48,737 nt of DNA, taken from sequence record PZ452607.1. The stretch is one strand, 5' to 3'. This stretch comes from a phage. How positions within the stretch are numbered: the first letter of the stretch is position 1; the number at the start of each line of letters is the position of its first letter. Positions 46,328 to 48,737 of this stretch are shown here, one piece after another. Both the position numbers and the translations under genes were made by a program. Under the pieces are notes generated by a model, which searched no databases, was not told the origin of the DNA, and worked only from the letters and a program-made list of their open reading frames with translations.

Positions 46328-46367
46328 CACGAATTGCTAAAACGTCGGTGTGGTGATTTGATATAGT
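46323..46367 (+). promoter_or_regulatory. box + extended -10 element
   Basis: AATAGCACGAATTGCTAAAAC, 22 nt, TGaTATAGT; TAG of box is the kinase stop codon. Confidence 0.55.
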
Positions 46368-46399
46368 TACCTCATCGACAACGAAGAGAGAAAATCGAA

Positions 46400-46609
46400 A
46401 TGATGGTATCAACTGATAAGTTTTTCACTTGCACCAAAACTTCTGAGGTATTCGAGCTGGTTCATACTGACAACGGTGATTTCATGCATGACGGTTGCGA
46501 CGCTTTCATTGAAGTGAAAGAAAGCGACTATGACGACGGAGTTTATTACAACCCTGCGGTTAACACGCAGTTTTTTACCCCGATCGAAGAGGAAGGAGAA
46601 GAGGCATGA
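46400..46609 (+). CDS. small acidic hypothetical protein
   Basis: 69 aa, acidic C-terminus (EEEGEEA); box/-10 element upstream. Confidence 0.4.
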   Translation: MMVSTDKFFTCTKTSEVFELVHTDNGDFMHDGCDAFIEVKESDYDDGVYYNPAVNTQFFTPIEEEGEEA

Positions 46610-46950
46610 TCACGATTAACCTGTCAGATAAACAAGCGCGTGAAATACTAGACACTATCGGAGAACAGCTTCACGTAAAAGGCGATACCGCTGAGATTCT
46701 TAACCAGATCGAAAGACAGCTAACCCCTGTGTCGACGAATCAAGCTGAGTTCGCAGCATGGAAAAGCGAACGCATCCTGCCAAATATCATCAAGGCATGG
46801 AAGCGCAAGCATAAAAAAGAAATCAACGTTGAGGATTTATTTACCGATGAATTAAGTCCTTCAAATGTTGCTCAATACCAGTTGCGATACATGGAGTCGG
46901 TTTGCAATCAGGTTTTAGGTGTAAGTTTTTCATTCAAAGGTGATAAATAA
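46606..46950 (+). CDS. hypothetical protein
   Basis: ATGA overlap coupling. Confidence 0.45.
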   Translation: MITINLSDKQAREILDTIGEQLHVKGDTAEILNQIERQLTPVSTNQAEFAAWKSERILPNIIKAWKRKHKKEINVEDLFTDELSPSNVAQYQLRYMESVCNQVLGVSFSFKGDK

Positions 46951-47180
46951 TGTTCGGTTTAAGCGAAGCGGAGTGGAATGTTGTAAAGCGTGCCGCGAAA
47001 GAATTAAACAAATTCGTCAGCGGAATGAAGAAAGAAGATCGGAAAAACGACAAGATTATGATTGACGTAATTTCGACTCACCATAAAAAGGTCGAACTAC
47101 TCATTGACCGCTACAAATTTGTCTGGACTGCCGGGTATATTGCAGGGCGCGTAGGTAACAAAGAGGGGGATTATGAATAA
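46950..47180 (+). CDS. hypothetical protein
   Basis: Overlap coupling. Confidence 0.4.
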   Translation: MFGLSEAEWNVVKRAAKELNKFVSGMKKEDRKNDKIMIDVISTHHKKVELLIDRYKFVWTAGYIAGRVGNKEGDYE

Positions 47181-47383
47181 TGGCCAATTTACCAAAGAAA
47201 GGCGATCAGGTTCGATGTGTCACTTCACGCAATGGTAATGCTTTATCGGCGGGGTGCTTGTACGACGTAGAAAAAGTCAGTAAGTCAAAGAGGCTTGTAT
47301 TCGTGTACGGCGACGATGGAAATCTGCATGAGATTGATTACCCGCAGGATGTAACTAATGGTCAATTCGAAATTAATGATTGA
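47180..47383 (+). CDS. hypothetical protein
   Basis: Overlap coupling. Confidence 0.4.
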   Translation: MANLPKKGDQVRCVTSRNGNALSAGCLYDVEKVSKSKRLVFVYGDDGNLHEIDYPQDVTNGQFEIND

Positions 47384-47409
47384 CCTAAATCCCTGAGCGG
47401 TGATAGTAT
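47380..47409 (+). promoter_or_regulatory. sigma70-like promoter (TTGACC-18-TAGTAT, TG-extended)
   Basis: Hexamers upstream of a structured leader and small ORF 47548..47709. Confidence 0.4.
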
Positions 47410-47547
47410 TAATCCCGTAGACAGACGAGGCGCAACTAAGCGCAACGCGTGAGACGATTCTCACACTTCCAGCTAACAAGCTCGGTTGCATAGTGGTTAA
47501 GCAACGCCGCAGACCCGTAAGCGGCAACAATTCAAGAGGATTGCATA

Positions 47548-47709
47548 ATGCAAAAAACTAAAGACGAATCAGTCAAAATTGAAATTAAAGTAACTCGCAA
47601 CGGTGAAACCACTCGTTATAAAAAACGATTAAATCCTGGCGAGGCTGTTATTGGTCGCATTGCTGGCGTTATGATTAAGGCGCAGGAAGATGAAGCGATT
47701 CAAAGTTAA
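47548..47709 (+). CDS. small hypothetical protein (53 aa)
   Basis: RBS AAGAGGA before ATG; preceded by structured about 140-nt leader; not in track. Confidence 0.3.
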   Translation: MQKTKDESVKIEIKVTRNGETTRYKKRLNPGEAVIGRIAGVMIKAQEDEAIQS

Positions 47710-47875
47710 ATTAATTATTCGAAAGATGGGAATGTTTTGCCAGTCGTGCAAGCAATCTTTCGAAGCTGAATTATCAGCAACCAGTCAGGATGAAGCCATC
47801 ACGAAAGCAAAAAAACTTTCCGGCGCTAACCTTGACACTCACAAAATAAATATTGAATTAATCAAGGAGATTTAA
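47690..47875 (+). CDS. hypothetical protein
   Basis: 61-aa ORF; start uncertain (internal Met at 47726). Confidence 0.3.
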   Translation: MKRFKVKLIIRKMGMFCQSCKQSFEAELSATSQDEAITKAKKLSGANLDTHKINIELIKEI

Positions 47876-47876
47876 C

Positions 47877-48104
47877 ATGACAATTTTTTTATTAATTATC
47901 GCTGGTGTCATTATTTTTGGTGCTGGTTTGTTTGCTGGCTTCGCACTTGTGGCGGCAGCAATTGCGATGGACGCGAAGGATAAAACTGGTGTATGGCTGA
48001 CCTACTCACCTAAGAAGGACCAATGGGAAATGACTGGCGACCTTGCTCACTGCTATTCTAAAGCTAAGACCCACCATAAAGGCATTAAACGACGATTGTC
48101 GTGA
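47877..48104 (+). CDS. hypothetical membrane protein
   Basis: N-terminal hydrophobic helix; followed by terminator. Confidence 0.4.
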   Translation: MTIFLLIIAGVIIFGAGLFAGFALVAAAIAMDAKDKTGVWLTYSPKKDQWEMTGDLAHCYSKAKTHHKGIKRRLS

Positions 48105-48114
48105 TGAACACTAA

Positions 48115-48156
48115 CCCGCTCCGGCGGGTTTTTTTATGCCTGCAATATGGTAAAAT
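48115..48156 (+). promoter_or_regulatory. terminator hairpin then extended -10 promoter (TGgTAAAAT) upstream of terminase small subunit
   Basis: CCCGC tccg GCGGG then T7 (same family as 13849/16028 hairpins); TGGTAAAAT at 48148..48156. Confidence 0.45.
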
Positions 48157-48174
48157 AGCACTAAATGTTAAACA
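48156..48174 (+). promoter_or_regulatory. degenerate box copy in leader of terminase small subunit gene
   Basis: ATAGCACTAAATGTTAAAC directly after the extended -10. Confidence 0.35.
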
Positions 48175-48188
48175 AAGAGGATGTATTT

Positions 48189-48713
48189 ATGAGTGAACCT
48201 AAGAACGCTCCCGTAGTCCAGGGTGGTAATTTCAAAGAGCTATACAAGAAAAAGTTTGGCACTGTACTCGCGAAAAACCGGGCTATGACGCCAGAGCAAC
48301 TATTCGATCTGTCAGTGAAGTATTTCGAATGGGCCGAGGACAATGCGATCAAGGCGTCAGAATCAGCCAGCTTTCAGGGTGGCGTTTATGAGTCGCTTGT
48401 CCATAAGCCGCGCGTCTTCACCTGGACCGGATACCGACTATTCATCGGTGCAAGCGAGGCTGCAATCATTAAGTGGAAGCGAGAGGAAGAATACAGCGAG
48501 GTTATGGAGTTTGTGGAATCGGTAATCAACGAGCAAAAATTCCAGCTTGCCGCCAACGGTGTTATTAATGCCTCCTTTATCGGTAAGGATCTCGGAATCG
48601 ATAAGCCAGCCTCAATCAATATCGAAAACTCGTCAGCTTCCGCATCGACAGTAGTCGCCACTACTGAGGATGCGATGAAAGAGGCGGTAAACAGCATTCT
48701 TGATATGCTTTAA
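48189..48713 (+). CDS. putative terminase small subunit
   Basis: RBS AAGAGGA before ATG 48189; directly precedes terminase large subunit across the window join; own terminator/promoter unit upstream. Confidence 0.5.
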   Translation: MSEPKNAPVVQGGNFKELYKKKFGTVLAKNRAMTPEQLFDLSVKYFEWAEDNAIKASESASFQGGVYESLVHKPRVFTWTGYRLFIGASEAAIIKWKREEEYSEVMEFVESVINEQKFQLAANGVINASFIGKDLGIDKPASINIENSSASASTVVATTEDAMKEAVNSILDML

Positions 48714-48737
48714 CTTTAGGGGCGCGAGAGCGCCCAC

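Noticed and set aside
27401-46367. Possibility that the repeated 20-bp boxes are a CRISPR array or CRISPR-like repeats
   Set aside because: Copies are separated by whole genes of very different lengths, sit at promoters on both strands, and lack regular repeat-spacer periodicity.
1-48737. tRNA genes, integrase, CI-type repressor or attachment site
   Set aside because: No cloverleaf-compatible 70-90 nt segment with conserved tRNA features was recognised in intergenic regions and no tyrosine/serine recombinase-like ORF is present; absence is based on reading only, not on tRNAscan or profile search.

Overview
The window reads as a complete, arbitrarily linearised genome (about 48.7 kb) of a virulent siphovirus with T1-like organisation. 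Terminase large subunit is at the left end and the small subunit at the right end. In between: portal, head and capsid genes separated by intrinsic terminators; a lambda-like tail module (chaperone with -1 frameshift, tape measure, M/L/K/I/J homologues); a lipoprotein next to the tail genes; a RecE-like/Erf/SSB recombination module; a minus-strand tail fibre; a replication and DNA-modification block (primase, helicase, VRR-NUC nuclease, Dam-type methyltransferase, metallophosphoesterase); holin/endolysin/u-spanin lysis cassette; three HNH homing endonuclease genes; and two divergent blocks of small early genes. No integrase, CI-like repressor, tRNA or CRISPR array was seen. The most striking unexplained signal is a dyad-symmetric 20-bp box (consensus AATAGCAC-N4-TTGYTAAAAC) present about 22 times at gene junctions, usually exactly 22 nt upstream of a TATAAT-like hexamer that sits inside a hairpin whose stem sequence varies but stays complementary. 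Two AT-rich iteron-bearing control regions share a second motif (GTGTAACA). All calls are from reading the sequence and ORF track; no database search was run, so family names are inferences from remembered motifs and gene order.
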